Shown: positions 49,405 to 59,737 of the stretch, one piece after another
Layout: each line of letters begins with the position of its first letter
Position numbering within the stretch: position 1 is the first letter of the stretch
Assembly (NCBI GenBank): GCA_943789455.1
Contig: CALSUE010000008.1
Coordinates: forward strand, 11,907 to 75,906
Source of the DNA: an uncultured Flavobacteriaceae bacterium
Lineage (GTDB): Bacteria; Bacteroidota; Bacteroidia; Flavobacteriales; Flavobacteriaceae
DNA: 64,000 nucleotides
Reading direction: 5' to 3'
Notes under the pieces: generated by a model
Database searches by the model: none
What the model was told of the DNA's origin: nothing
The model's input: the letters and a program-made list of their open reading frames with translations, nothing else
Made by a program: the position numbers and the translations under genes

Positions 49405-49510
49405 CCTTACTAATATTAGATAAAAAAAGCAAAATGTTTTAGACTTGGGTTAAAAAAATCTTTAACATAAAATACTTCTACAGCTCTTTTTATTATCTTA
49501 TTTTTATGTA

Positions 49511-52500
49511 TTGATGAACGCTTTTTTAAACATTGAACAAAAACTATCTTTTTTCTATAAAAAGTACTATACAAATGAACTTATTAAAGGGGGTATTTTG
49601 TTTAGTTTATTTGGTGTTTTATACCTTATCTTAACGTTGTGTATAGAGTATTTTTTATGGTTAAAACCAAACTATAGAATTCTTTTACTATCGATATTTA
49701 TAGCGATTGAGTTTTTTCTTTTTTTTAAATTTATCATTATTCCAATCACCCATTTAATAAAGTTAAAAAAAGGCATCAATGAGATAGAATCTTCAAAGAT
49801 TATTGGCGCCTATTTTCCTGAGGTCCAAGATAAATTATTAAATATATTACAATTAAAAAACGAACAAAAAGAATCAGATCTTATTCTTGCTAGTATTCAA
49901 CAAAAATCAATAGATCTTCAACCTATCAAGTTCTCTAACGCAATAAATTTTAAGGAAAATTTTATTTATTTAAAGTATTTACTATTTCCAATACTGCTCT
50001 GGTTTATATTCTTTTTAACCGGAATTGATACGGGCCTGTATAATAGTTTACAACGAGTTGCCAACCCAAAAATCGTATATACTCCTCCGGCCTTATTTTC
50101 ATTTCATATGGAAACAAAAAATTTGACTGTAATTGAGGGAAGCTCACATACTGTTTCTATTTCTACTAAAGGAGGGTTTATTCCTAAAGAAGTTAAAATT
50201 ATTTATGGAGAAGAAACCTATTTTATGCAGGAAACCACAAAAGGTGTGTTTTCTTTCACGTTTACAAACGTAACAACACCTCTTTTCTTTCAGTGTTATT
50301 CAGAAAATATTTTTTCAAAAACATATGCTTTAAATCTTATAAAAACACCCTTAATTCAAAACTTAGATATTGATCTAGATTATCCGACCTACACGAAAAA
50401 AAAGGACGAAAAGATTATAAACACAGGAAATCTTATTGTCCCTGTCGGTACAAAAATAAAATGGAATGTTAATACATATGAATCAGATAGTGTTGCTTTT
50501 ACAGAAAATAAACAACGAGATTATTTTACAAGAATCTCAAAAAACAAATTCAAGTATAAAAAGGTGGCGGTTAATAATTTCGATTATCAAATAAGTGCTT
50601 CAAATAAGGAATTGCAGGATTTTGAAAAGATTTTGTATCGTTTAAAGGTTGTTAAAGACGAGTATCCGTCCATAATTACCCAATCCAATATTGATAGCGT
50701 GAGTGATGAAAACGCTCAGTTTGCAGGTCAGATTTCTGATGATTATGGAATTAAATTATTAGAAATTATTTATTATCCGCAGGATTTCCCCGCTCAAAAA
50801 AGCAGTATTTCATTGGGGGTTACTAATGCAACCACTCAAACCTTTTATTATCGATTCTCGGAAGAAACTAATTTTAAAAAAGGAGTTGATTACGAGCTCT
50901 TTTTTCAAGTCACAGATAATGACGCTATTAATGGAAATAAAACAACAAAAAGCAATACCTATAGTTATCGGCAAAAAACAAAAGAAGAGTATGCTCAAGA
51001 CCAATTAGACGGGCAAAAAGAAACAATTAATAATTTAGAAACTACCATCCAAAATCAAACCCAACAAAGTCAAACGTTTTTAAAAATTCAAGAAGAAATT
51101 AAAAAGAAAAAAGCGTTTAATTGGAGTGATAAGAAAAAAGTTGACGAGTTTATTCGTATGCAGAAGCAACATCAACAAATGATGGAAAGACAAACAGAAA
51201 AACTACAGCAGTCTTTAGAGCAGAACAAAGGAGATAAGCAAGCGTTTAAGAATAAAAAGCAACAGCTTCAAAAACGAATAGAAGAGCTTTTAGCACTAAA
51301 TAAAGAAAAAAAATTATTGGATGAACTTCAAAAAATAGCAGAAAAACTTGATAAAGAAGCATTGATTAAAAAAACGAAAGCGCTAGCCGAAAAAAACAAA
51401 CAGCAAGAAAGAAGTTTAGAGAGAATATTAGAATTAACCAAGCGTTTTTATGTTGAAGAAAAAACACTTCAAATAGCAAATAAATTAAAAACATTATCTA
51501 AAAGGCAAGACACCATTAACAATAAAGATGCTAAGGTGTTAAATGAACAGCAAAAAATTGCCGAAAAATTTGATAATATCTCTAAAGAACTAAAAAACTT
51601 AACGAATGATAATAAACAGTTAAAAAGCCCCCTAGAATTACCCACAATGTCTAAGGAAATAGAGGAGGTAAAAGCGTCTTTGATGAAAGCTAAGGAAAAG
51701 TTAAGTAATAATCAAAAACAAGATGCAAAGAAGCTTCAAAAGAAAGCATCAAAACAAATGCAACAGATGAGTCTGCTTATGCAAAAGACAATAGCGGATT
51801 TTCAACAAAACTCTATAGATGAAAATATAGATGATTTAAGAAAGATATTAGAAAACCTTATTACCTTTTCATTTAAACAAGAAGACTTACTTGTTAAGTT
51901 TAATGAGATCTCTGTTGCTCATCCTGATTTTGGAAATGAACTTAAAAACCAAAACGAATTAAAAACTTATTTTGAACACATTGACGACAGTTTGTTTGTG
52001 TTGTCTATGAGAGTTCCTCAATTAACAGCAAAAATCCAAACAGAGTTATCGAACGCTCATTTTAACCTAGATGAATCATTAGGGAATTTATCAGAAAATA
52101 AATTTGACCTTGCAGGCTCTAACCAACAGTACGTAATGACATCGGCTAATAATTTAGCAGATTTATTAAGCAGTCTCTTAAACGACATGCAAAACAACAT
52201 GGGCTCCTCGGGTAAAAAAGGAAAAGGAAGCTCATTTAGTTTACCTACATTAATTGAAAAGCAGAAAGGGCTTTCGGAACAATTAAAAGAAGGGTTAAAA
52301 AGAAAGAATGCATCTCAAAATAATAAAAAAGGAAGTGGGGGCAAGAAAGGTGGCGGAGAAGCTGAAGAGCAATCTAGTGGAGAATTGTATAAAATTTACC
52401 AACAACAAAGCCAGTTAAAAAAACAACTTGAAGAAGTATTAAATCGGACGGGTTCAGGTGATACTAAAATTAACAAAGTTTTAAAAACCATGGAGCAGTT

Positions 52501-52789
52501 GGAGCGTGATATTCTTGAAAAAGGGTTTAATTTAGAAACTATTCAAAGGATGCAGCAATTAGAATATCAATTATTAAAGCTAGACACCGCTTTTTTCAAG
52601 CAAGGAAAAGATACTAAAAGAAAATCTAATACAGGCGACTTACCTTCCAAAAGGAAACAATTAAAAGAACTACAATTCAAAAAACGGTTTTACAATCAAA
52701 TTGAGATATTAAATAGACAATCATTACCTTTGCACAAGGATTTTGAAAAGAAAGTACAAAAGTATTTTTTAAAAAAAAGTAAAGCTTGA
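49511..52789 (+). CDS. Large membrane-anchored coiled-coil protein (DUF4175-like)
   Basis: Three N-terminal TMs, beta-sandwich region (QISDDYGI), long Q/K/E-rich coiled coils, G/K-rich linkers. Confidence 0.7.
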   Translation: MMNAFLNIEQKLSFFYKKYYTNELIKGGILFSLFGVLYLILTLCIEYFLWLKPNYRILLLSIFIAIEFFLFFKFIIIPITHLIKLKKGINEIESSKIIGAYFPEVQDKLLNILQLKNEQKESDLILASIQQKSIDLQPIKFSNAINFKENFIYLKYLLFPILLWFIFFLTGIDTGLYNSLQRVANPKIVYTPPALFSFHMETKNLTVIEGSSHTVSISTKGGFIPKEVKIIYGEETYFMQETTKGVFSFTFTNVTTPLFFQCYSENIFSKTYALNLIKTPLIQNLDIDLDYPTYTKKKDEKIINTGNLIVPVGTKIKWNVNTYESDSVAFTENKQRDYFTRISKNKFKYKKVAVNNFDYQISASNKELQDFEKILYRLKVVKDEYPSIITQSNIDSVSDENAQFAGQISDDYGIKLLEIIYYPQDFPAQKSSISLGVTNATTQTFYYRFSEETNFKKGVDYELFFQVTDNDAINGNKTTKSNTYSYRQKTKEEYAQDQLDGQKETINNLETTIQNQTQQSQTFLKIQEEIKKKKAFNWSDKKKVDEFIRMQKQHQQMMERQTEKLQQSLEQNKGDKQAFKNKKQQLQKRIEELLALNKEKKLLDELQKIAEKLDKEALIKKTKALAEKNKQQERSLERILELTKRFYVEEKTLQIANKLKTLSKRQDTINNKDAKVLNEQQKIAEKFDNISKELKNLTNDNKQLKSPLELPTMSKEIEEVKASLMKAKEKLSNNQKQDAKKLQKKASKQMQQMSLLMQKTIADFQQNSIDENIDDLRKILENLITFSFKQEDLLVKFNEISVAHPDFGNELKNQNELKTYFEHIDDSLFVLSMRVPQLTAKIQTELSNAHFNLDESLGNLSENKFDLAGSNQQYVMTSANNLADLLSSLLNDMQNNMGSSGKKGKGSSFSLPTLIEKQKGLSEQLKEGLKRKNASQNNKKGSGGKKGGGEAEEQSSGELYKIYQQQSQLKKQLEEVLNRTGSGDTKINKVLKTMEQLERDILEKGFNLETIQRMQQLEYQLLKLDTAFFKQGKDTKRKSNTGDLPSKRKQLKELQFKKRFYNQIEILNRQSLPLHKDFEKKVQKYFLKKSKA

Positions 52790-53199
52790 TCACATTTAAT
52801 TACGAAACACCTTTTAACCTTAAAGACGAGCTCAAAACCGGGTCATGGATTGAACAAATAGTTGTTTCAGAAGGGTTTGTGCTTGGAGAGATTAATTATG
52901 TTTTTTGTGACGATTTGTTTCTTAACCAGATCAACAAAGAGTTTCTAAAGCATGATTCTTTAACTGATATTATAAGTTTTGATTATTGTCTTGGTAAACA
53001 AGTTAATGGAGAGATATACATATCAACTGAACGAGTTATAGAAAACGCCCAACTATTTCATGCTTCGTTTGAAAATGAACTCAACAGGGTTATGATTCAT
53101 GGTGTTTTGCATTATTTAGGTTATAAAGACAAGACAATTGAGGAAAAAAAGATAATGAGGCTTAAAGAAAATGCTTGTTTAAAAGAGTTAATGGTCTAA
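52786..53199 (+). CDS. ybeY: rRNA maturation endoribonuclease YbeY
   Basis: TDIISF, GEIYIS, HGVLHYLGYKD; TTG start overlapping the upstream TGA. Confidence 0.95.
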   Translation: MITFNYETPFNLKDELKTGSWIEQIVVSEGFVLGEINYVFCDDLFLNQINKEFLKHDSLTDIISFDYCLGKQVNGEIYISTERVIENAQLFHASFENELNRVMIHGVLHYLGYKDKTIEEKKIMRLKENACLKELMV

Positions 53200-53219
53200 T
53201 TATGAGTATTTTAACTAAA

Positions 53220-53235
53220 CGTTTCACGTGGAACC
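53220..53235. other. parS site (ParB loading)
   Basis: CGTTTCACGTGGAACC: its inner 14 nt match the parS core GTTCCACGTGAAAC read on the minus strand. Confidence 0.8.
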
Positions 53236-53238
53236 ACA

Positions 53239-55113
53239 ATGAGTTTATTTAACACAACATACGATGTAATAGTAATTGGTGGAGGTCATGCAGGTAGTGA
53301 AGCTGCCGCCGCAAGCGCTAATATGGGCGCATCAACGTTGCTTATTACAATGAATCTTCAAAATATTGCTCAAATGAGTTGTAATCCAGCTATGGGTGGA
53401 ATTGCAAAAGGGCAAATTATTCGTGAAATAGATGCGTTAGGAGGATATAGTGGAATTGTTACTGATAAAACCGCTATTCAGTTTAAAATGCTTAATAAAT
53501 CAAAAGGTCCTGCTATGTGGAGTCCACGAGCTCAATCTGATAGAATGATGTTTGCGGAAACCTGGAGAACCATGTTAGAAAATACAAGCAACCTTGACTT
53601 TTATCAAGATTCAGTTAACGGCTTGCTTTTTGAGGGGTCCAAAATTGTTGGAGTCAAAACAGTTCTTGGTCTTCATATTAAAGCCAAGTCAGTTATTGTT
53701 ACTGCAGGCACTTTTTTAAACGGCCTTATTCATATTGGTGAAAAAACTTTTGGCGGTGGAAGAGCTGGAGAAGGCTCTTCAACAGGTATAACAGAAGACC
53801 TTGTAAAAAAAGGTTTTGAATCAGGAAGAATGAAAACTGGCACTCCGCCAAGGGTAGATGGTCGGTCTTTAGATTATTCAAAAATGGAAGAGCAGCCAGG
53901 AGACGAACACACTGAAACATTCTCTTATTTAGACACTCAACCCTTAGTTAAACAGCGACCTTGTTATCTAACCCACACAAATCCAAAAGTACATGATGTG
54001 CTAAGGGGCGCTTTTGATAGGTCTCCTATGTTTAATGGCCGAATACAATCCACAGGCCCTAGATATTGCCCCTCTATAGAGGACAAAATTGATAGATTCG
54101 CCACAAAAGACAGGCATCAAGTTTTTGTAGAACCTGAAGGCTGGACAACAGTTGAAATTTATGTTAATGGCTTTTCAACCTCCATGCCTGAAGACATTCA
54201 AGATAAGGCAATTCGATTTATTCCAGGATTTGAAAATGTGAAGTTTTTTAGATATGGATATGCAATTGAATATGATTATTTCCCTCCAACACAGTTAAAA
54301 CATTCATTAGAAACCAAACTTGTTGATAATCTCTTCTTTGCCGGTCAAATTAATGGTACAACTGGCTATGAAGAAGCTGCTGCACAGGGGTTAATGGCTG
54401 GCGTCAACGCTGCTCATAAGGTTCAAGGTAAAGCCCCTTTTATACTAAAAAGAAATGAAGCTTATATTGGAGTTCTAATTGATGATTTAATAACTAAAGG
54501 AACAGAGGAGCCTTACAGGATGTTTACATCAAGAGCAGAATATCGTACTCTTTTAAGACAAGATAATGCAGATATAAGATTAACCCCCCTTGGTTTCAAA
54601 ATTGGGTTAGCTTCTAAGGATCGGTTAGAAAAAGTAAATTTAAAAATCCAAAAAACAGAAAAATTAATCAAGTTTCTACAACAAACTAGTGTTACTCAAC
54701 ACCAAATTAACCCTATTTTAACCCGTAATAAGTTATCTTTAATTAACCAATCCGTGAAACTTTATAAGATTGCTTCACGCCCACAACTTTCATTAACAGA
54801 TTTCCAAGAGCTAGACGCTCTTCAAACTTTTTTTCAGGAAGAAGGTATAGATAAAACAATTCTAGAACAAGTAGAAATTCATTTAAAATACTCTGGATAT
54901 ATTGACAAAGAACGATCTAATGCAGACAAGTTAAATAAGCTTGAAAACGTCATTATACCTCAATCCTTTAATTATAGCAAAGTCAACTCCTTATCTCATG
55001 AAGCGAAAGAAAAGCTAAGTAAGATTCAACCAACAACAATTTCACAAGCTAGTAGAATAAGCGGTGTTTCGCCAAGTGACATTTCTGTTCTATTGGTTTA
55101 TATGGGGCGGTAG
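53239..55113 (+). CDS. mnmG: tRNA uridine-5-carboxymethylaminomethyl(34) synthesis enzyme MnmG (GidA)
   Basis: GGGHAG, MSCNPAMGG, GPRYCPSIE, GQINGTTGYEEA. Confidence 0.99.
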   Translation: MSLFNTTYDVIVIGGGHAGSEAAAASANMGASTLLITMNLQNIAQMSCNPAMGGIAKGQIIREIDALGGYSGIVTDKTAIQFKMLNKSKGPAMWSPRAQSDRMMFAETWRTMLENTSNLDFYQDSVNGLLFEGSKIVGVKTVLGLHIKAKSVIVTAGTFLNGLIHIGEKTFGGGRAGEGSSTGITEDLVKKGFESGRMKTGTPPRVDGRSLDYSKMEEQPGDEHTETFSYLDTQPLVKQRPCYLTHTNPKVHDVLRGAFDRSPMFNGRIQSTGPRYCPSIEDKIDRFATKDRHQVFVEPEGWTTVEIYVNGFSTSMPEDIQDKAIRFIPGFENVKFFRYGYAIEYDYFPPTQLKHSLETKLVDNLFFAGQINGTTGYEEAAAQGLMAGVNAAHKVQGKAPFILKRNEAYIGVLIDDLITKGTEEPYRMFTSRAEYRTLLRQDNADIRLTPLGFKIGLASKDRLEKVNLKIQKTEKLIKFLQQTSVTQHQINPILTRNKLSLINQSVKLYKIASRPQLSLTDFQELDALQTFFQEEGIDKTILEQVEIHLKYSGYIDKERSNADKLNKLENVIIPQSFNYSKVNSLSHEAKEKLSKIQPTTISQASRISGVSPSDISVLLVYMGR

Positions 55114-55130
55114 TTTTTAAAAAAATCAAA

Positions 55131-55146
55131 TGTTCCCCGTGGAACA
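55131..55146. other. parS site (ParB loading)
   Basis: TGTTCCCCGTGGAACA, 15/16 match to the palindrome TGTTCCACGTGGAACA, intergenic. Confidence 0.8.
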
Positions 55147-55157
55147 CTATAATTTAT

Positions 55158-56039
55158 ATGTCACAACAAACAGACTTCTTTAAAAATTTAAAACCGTATT
55201 TGAATTGTAAAGATTATACTGTTTCAGGTGAAGAATATAGCGTTATGTTTAACGAAGAGTATAAAATGTTGGTAACAACTCCGGTTCCTAAAAACCTATT
55301 TAATTATTATAAGAGTGAGGATTATATCTCTCATACGGATTCTAAAAAAACTTTTTTTGACAAAGCATACCAAGCTGTAAAAAGCATTACTCTTAAACGT
55401 AAATTACGATTAATTAATAAAACTTCACGCCAACAAAATAGCTTATCTAGGCCAGAAAAGAGCATTTTAGACGTTGGTGCCGGGACAGGAGAGTTTTTAA
55501 AAGTTTGTGAAAATAACTCTTGGAATGTTTTTGGAACAGAGCCAAATAATGATGCTAGAAATATTGCCGCAAAAAAAGGAATTATACTTGAGGAAGATAT
55601 ATCAAAATTTTCAAACCAAAAATTTGAAATAATAACGCTTTGGCATGTACTAGAACATATAGAAAACTTATCAGAGTATATTTCAACTCTAAACACTATG
55701 CTTTCTGATTTCGGAAGACTGATTATAGCAGTACCAAATTTTAAGAGTGAGGACGCAAAGTATTATAAAGAATTCTGGGCAGCATATGACGTTCCTAGAC
55801 ATTTGTGGCATTTTTCTCAGCAATCAATTCATCGTCTTTTTTTAAAGGAGCAGATGCTGGTCGAAAAAACGATTCCTATGAAATTTGATTCTTATTATGT
55901 TTCTCTTTTAAGCGAAAAATATAAAAAAGGAAAGATCAACTATATGAGTGCTTTTTACAGGGGTTTCGTTTCAAATTGGAAAGCAAGGTCCTCTTCTGAG
56001 TATTCCTCTTTGATTTATGTTATAAAAAAGCAAAAATAG
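55158..56039 (+). CDS. Class I SAM-dependent methyltransferase
   Basis: ILDVGAGTGEFL, ITLWHVLEH, DVPRHL. Confidence 0.9.
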   Translation: MSQQTDFFKNLKPYLNCKDYTVSGEEYSVMFNEEYKMLVTTPVPKNLFNYYKSEDYISHTDSKKTFFDKAYQAVKSITLKRKLRLINKTSRQQNSLSRPEKSILDVGAGTGEFLKVCENNSWNVFGTEPNNDARNIAAKKGIILEEDISKFSNQKFEIITLWHVLEHIENLSEYISTLNTMLSDFGRLIIAVPNFKSEDAKYYKEFWAAYDVPRHLWHFSQQSIHRLFLKEQMLVEKTIPMKFDSYYVSLLSEKYKKGKINYMSAFYRGFVSNWKARSSSEYSSLIYVIKKQK

Positions 56040-56101
56040 CGTCAATAGGGTGTCTTAAGCAATCTTTTTATTTTGTTTATGGCTAAGGTGTTTAAAAAAA
56101 A

Positions 56102-56127
56102 CAAAACCTCTTAAAACAGAGGTTTTG
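56102..56127. terminator. Hairpin / terminator between convergent genes
   Basis: CAAAACCTCT-6nt-AGAGGTTTTG. Confidence 0.65.
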
Positions 56128-56177
56128 AGTCGTTTTACAATCAGGTTTTCTTATGCCTTTTCTTTCTTGTATCAGTT

Positions 56178-56576
56178 TTAACTATGCAATAGAAAAACCC
56201 CAAAAAGAGTAATGATAAAATAAACTGCCAGGGTCATCGCTCCTGCATAATCTTTTGCCAAGCGCTGACCAACAAGTAAGAAAATTAAAGCAATAGCAGA
56301 AAGCTCTACGCCTATTAACGCAATTTCTTTGAGCCCAGAAGTGTAAATCTGATAAGTACCAATCATCATAAAAATTCCCGCAACTATTTCAATGGTTAAA
56401 ATAACACCGAGTAAAAAAGGCACATTATTCCTTAAAGGAGAATCCTTAAAATGAGATTTTATAAACCCAAGATTTCCTTTCCAGTCTGTTATTTTATCAA
56501 TTCCAGATTGCATAAAAGTAACAATTAAAAAAAGTAAGATTAATATTTCTGTTGGATGGTTTGATAGAATTTTCAT
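56178..56576 (-). CDS. DoxX family membrane protein
   Basis: FMQSGIDK, four TMs, GQRLAKDYAGA. Confidence 0.8.
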   Translation of the reverse strand: MKILSNHPTEILILLFLIVTFMQSGIDKITDWKGNLGFIKSHFKDSPLRNNVPFLLGVILTIEIVAGIFMMIGTYQIYTSGLKEIALIGVELSAIALIFLLVGQRLAKDYAGAMTLAVYFIITLFGVFLLHS

Positions 56577-56707
56577 TTGCTATGTTTCGTTAGGTTTCTG
56601 TTGGCTAATTTAATGTCTTTTATTGTAACTATGAATTGTTTATAATTTGGATATTCTTTTGATAGTTTCTTTTGAGTAATAAACATAAAACCCTGAAAAT
56701 AAGTATT

Positions 56708-57658
56708 TTAAATTTTATTTGCAGAAAATTTTATTTTAATTTTAGCAACAATTGTTTGCGCTAACTTTTCCTTACTTTCCTGGGTCCATCCCCCTACATG
56801 AGGCGATAGCAAAACGTTTTCAGCTGTAATCAAATATTTAAACGCATCCGGCATTAGGTTTTTTGAAAATAGATTTTCGAATGAGGATTTCTCATATTCT
56901 AAGACATCCAATCCTGCACCCAGTATTTTCCCAGATTTTAATCCCAAAACCAAATCTTTTGTTACCACAGATCTCCCTCGAGCTGTATTGATTAACCAAA
57001 AATTCTTTGTAAAACTATTGATAAAAGAAGTATTTATCATTTTTTCTGTACGTGCTGTTTGTGGAGCATGAAGGCTTAAAACGTCTGCCTTTTCTTTCAG
57101 CTCCCCTAAAGAAACTTGTTTGCAGTTTTCATCACCAACAGAAGGTTTAATATCGTAACATAAAACCTCAACATCAAAACCACGAAGTTTTTTAGCAAAA
57201 GACTTCCCCATATTTCCATAGCCAATTATCCCGATTGTTTTCCCATCCAATTCTACCCCCCTGTTTTCCTCTCTAAGCCAGACCCCCTTTTTAACCTCTT
57301 TATCTGTTTTGTTAAGCTTATTAAAAAGTGAGAGTAGCATCCCTAATGTGTGTTCTCCCACAGCATTTCTGTTTCCTTCAGGAGCAGCGATAAGTTCAAT
57401 ATTTTTAGATTTGGCAATTCTGCAATCTATATTTTCAAGGCCTGCCCCAACCCTGCCAATAAACTTAAGTTTGTTTGCTTGTTGCAAAAAGTGTTTATCA
57501 ATAGAAAATCTACTTCTAATTATAATGCCGTCATAATTGTGAATTATCTTTTCAATTTCAATTTTAGAAGAAGTATAATCTTCATGATTTTCAAAACCAG
57601 CTGCATTAAGCTGTTCTAGTAAAGTAGGGTGATTTGTGTCTAAATGAAGAATTTTCAC
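56708..57658 (-). CDS. D-2-hydroxyacid dehydrogenase (SerA-like catalytic and NAD domains)
   Basis: GRVGAGLENID, GIIGYGNMG, INTARG, LDVLE, SPHVGG; GTG start. Confidence 0.9.
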   Translation of the reverse strand: MKILHLDTNHPTLLEQLNAAGFENHEDYTSSKIEIEKIIHNYDGIIIRSRFSIDKHFLQQANKLKFIGRVGAGLENIDCRIAKSKNIELIAAPEGNRNAVGEHTLGMLLSLFNKLNKTDKEVKKGVWLREENRGVELDGKTIGIIGYGNMGKSFAKKLRGFDVEVLCYDIKPSVGDENCKQVSLGELKEKADVLSLHAPQTARTEKMINTSFINSFTKNFWLINTARGRSVVTKDLVLGLKSGKILGAGLDVLEYEKSSFENLFSKNLMPDAFKYLITAENVLLSPHVGGWTQESKEKLAQTIVAKIKIKFSANKI

Positions 57659-57662
57659 AATC

Positions 57663-58481
57663 CTAATATTGTTCTTTTTCGCTAGGGAAATCTTTACTTT
57701 TTACATCAGTAATATAGCTTTCAAAAGCAGTAGTCATTTCTGAGTATAAATCTAGGTATCTTCTTAAAAATCTAGGGTGAAATTCATGAGTCATTCCTAG
57801 CATATCATGGGTTACTAATACCTGTCCATCAACACCACCTCCGGCGCCAATTCCAATGACAGGAATAGTAATTGATTTCGCGACTCTTTCAGCTAAAGTA
57901 GCAGGAACTTTTTCTAAAACTAAAGCAAAACAGCCTAATCTTTCGAGCATTAAGGCATCTTCTAGTAATTTTTCCGCCTCTTCTTCTTCTTTAGCCCTAA
58001 CGGTATATGTTCCAAACTTATAGATAGATTGAGGTGTTAATCCTAAATGACCCATAACAGGAATACCTGCATTAAGAATCCGTTTAATAGATTCTTTAAT
58101 TTCTTTTCCTCCTTCAACTTTTATTGAGTGCCCTCCACTTTCTTTCATGATTCTAATTGCAGAACGAAGGGCTTCTTTAGGGTCAGATTGATAGCTACCA
58201 AAAGGCAAATCTACAACCACTAAAGAACGCTCAACCGCTCTTACTACCGAGCTAGCATGATAAATCATTTCATTCAAAGTAATAGGTAAGGTTGTTTCGT
58301 GACCAGCCATTACATTTGAAGCTGAGTCTCCAACTAGAATTACATCTATTCCAGCACCATCAACAATTTTTGCCATGGTATAATCATATGCTGTTAACAT
58401 AGAAATTTTTTCTCCGTTTGCTTTCATCTCTACCAGAGATTTGGTAGTTATTCTCTTATATTGTTTTTTAGCTACAGACAT
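57663..58481 (-). CDS. panB: 3-methyl-2-oxobutanoate hydroxymethyltransferase
   Basis: [30 protein letters not shown]. Confidence 0.99.
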   Translation of the reverse strand: MSVAKKQYKRITTKSLVEMKANGEKISMLTAYDYTMAKIVDGAGIDVILVGDSASNVMAGHETTLPITLNEMIYHASSVVRAVERSLVVVDLPFGSYQSDPKEALRSAIRIMKESGGHSIKVEGGKEIKESIKRILNAGIPVMGHLGLTPQSIYKFGTYTVRAKEEEEAEKLLEDALMLERLGCFALVLEKVPATLAERVAKSITIPVIGIGAGGGVDGQVLVTHDMLGMTHEFHPRFLRRYLDLYSEMTTAFESYITDVKSKDFPSEKEQY

Positions 58482-58647
58482 AATGGTATTAATTAGGTTT
58501 TGTAAAAGTACTAAATATCATCAGATATAAATCTAGTTTAATTTAGGCATAAAAGATCATATATTTAATTTTATAAAATGAGGGCCGTTACTAGCTGTTC
58601 AATTAACCGTTAAGGGCTATAATTAATAGAGAGGTATAAAAATAATG

Positions 58648-58655
58648 TATATTTG
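58648..58655 (+). promoter_or_regulatory. -7 promoter box for the O-methyltransferase
   Basis: TATATTTG. Confidence 0.6.
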
Positions 58656-58679
58656 ATTTTTAGAAAAAACGCTTAAAAC

Positions 58680-59321
58680 ATGAATTTTTTACCGGAAAAA
58701 ATAGATGATTATTCAGTTAATCATTCTCAAATAGAGCCGTTAATATTGCAAGAGTTAACTAAAGAGACTTGGCAAAAAATAATCAATCCAAGAATGTTAA
58801 GTGGTGCCTTTCAAGGCCGTGTTCTTTCAATGATTTCTAAGCTAGTACAACCAAAAAACATTCTAGAAATTGGCACCTATACCGGATATTCAGCAATTTG
58901 TATTGCAGAAGGCTTAACCGATGCTGGAAACATAGACACTATTGATAAAAATGAAGAGTTAGTGGATCTACAAAACAAGTATTTTGAAAAATCTGGATAT
59001 CGAAGTAAAATTTCTCAACACGTAGGCTCTGCATTAGAAATTATTCCAACTTTAAATAAAAATTTTGATTTAGTTTTTATTGATGCTGATAAATCTAATT
59101 ACAGTAATTATTTTCATTTAATTATTGATAAAATGAATAAAGGAGGGGTTATTTTATCTGATAATGTTTTATGGAGCGGAAAAGTTGTAGAGAAATTAGA
59201 TCCAAAAGATCAAGATACTAAAGCCCTTTTAGAATATAATAGATTGTTAAATACTGATAGCAGAGTTGAAACCGTTTTATTGCCGATAAGAGACGGGCTT
59301 ACCATTAGCAGGGTGTGTTAA
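58680..59321 (+). CDS. O-methyltransferase (YrrM/TrmR, caffeoyl-CoA OMT-like)
   Basis: LEIGTYTGYSA, FIDADK, DNVLWSG, RDGL. Confidence 0.9.
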   Translation: MNFLPEKIDDYSVNHSQIEPLILQELTKETWQKIINPRMLSGAFQGRVLSMISKLVQPKNILEIGTYTGYSAICIAEGLTDAGNIDTIDKNEELVDLQNKYFEKSGYRSKISQHVGSALEIIPTLNKNFDLVFIDADKSNYSNYFHLIIDKMNKGGVILSDNVLWSGKVVEKLDPKDQDTKALLEYNRLLNTDSRVETVLLPIRDGLTISRVC

Positions 59322-59387
59322 AAAAAGCAATCCATTAGAAAGGTAAGTGAGTTTTTAACGAACTTTATTTTAAAAAATTAAAAAAAA

Positions 59388-59672
59388 CTATTTAAAATTT
59401 CGTTTAATCGGACCAGTCATTTCGTCAAGACTTTCTTTTGCGTTACTAATTTCTTTTTTGATTCCCTTAGCTAAGTCGGTATCTATTCCTTGGTCTTTTG
59501 CACTTTCGTTTATTTCCTTTTTAATATCATTTGTGGCATCTTTTACTTGACGCATACCTTTACCTAGACCTTTTGCTATTTCAGGAATTTTATCGGCACC
59601 AAATACCATAACCACAATAAGAATGATAATAAAAATTTCTGGACCACCAATAAATAGAAAACTTCCTAACAT
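59388..59672 (-). CDS. TatA/TatB family translocase subunit
   Basis: GGPEI..VFGADKIPEIAKGLGKGMRQVK; -7 box TATATTTG at 59680-59687. Confidence 0.88.
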   Translation of the reverse strand: MLGSFLFIGGPEIFIIILIVVMVFGADKIPEIAKGLGKGMRQVKDATNDIKKEINESAKDQGIDTDLAKGIKKEISNAKESLDEMTGPIKRNFK

Positions 59673-59737
59673 AAGACCACAAATATAATAAAGATTGAAT
59701 ATAAAAGAACAGAATAATTATAGAACAGTTATTGCAT

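Noticed and set aside
45747-59672. Two scattered TatA/B-like genes and no tatC
   Set aside because: Dispersed tat genes are ordinary in this phylum.
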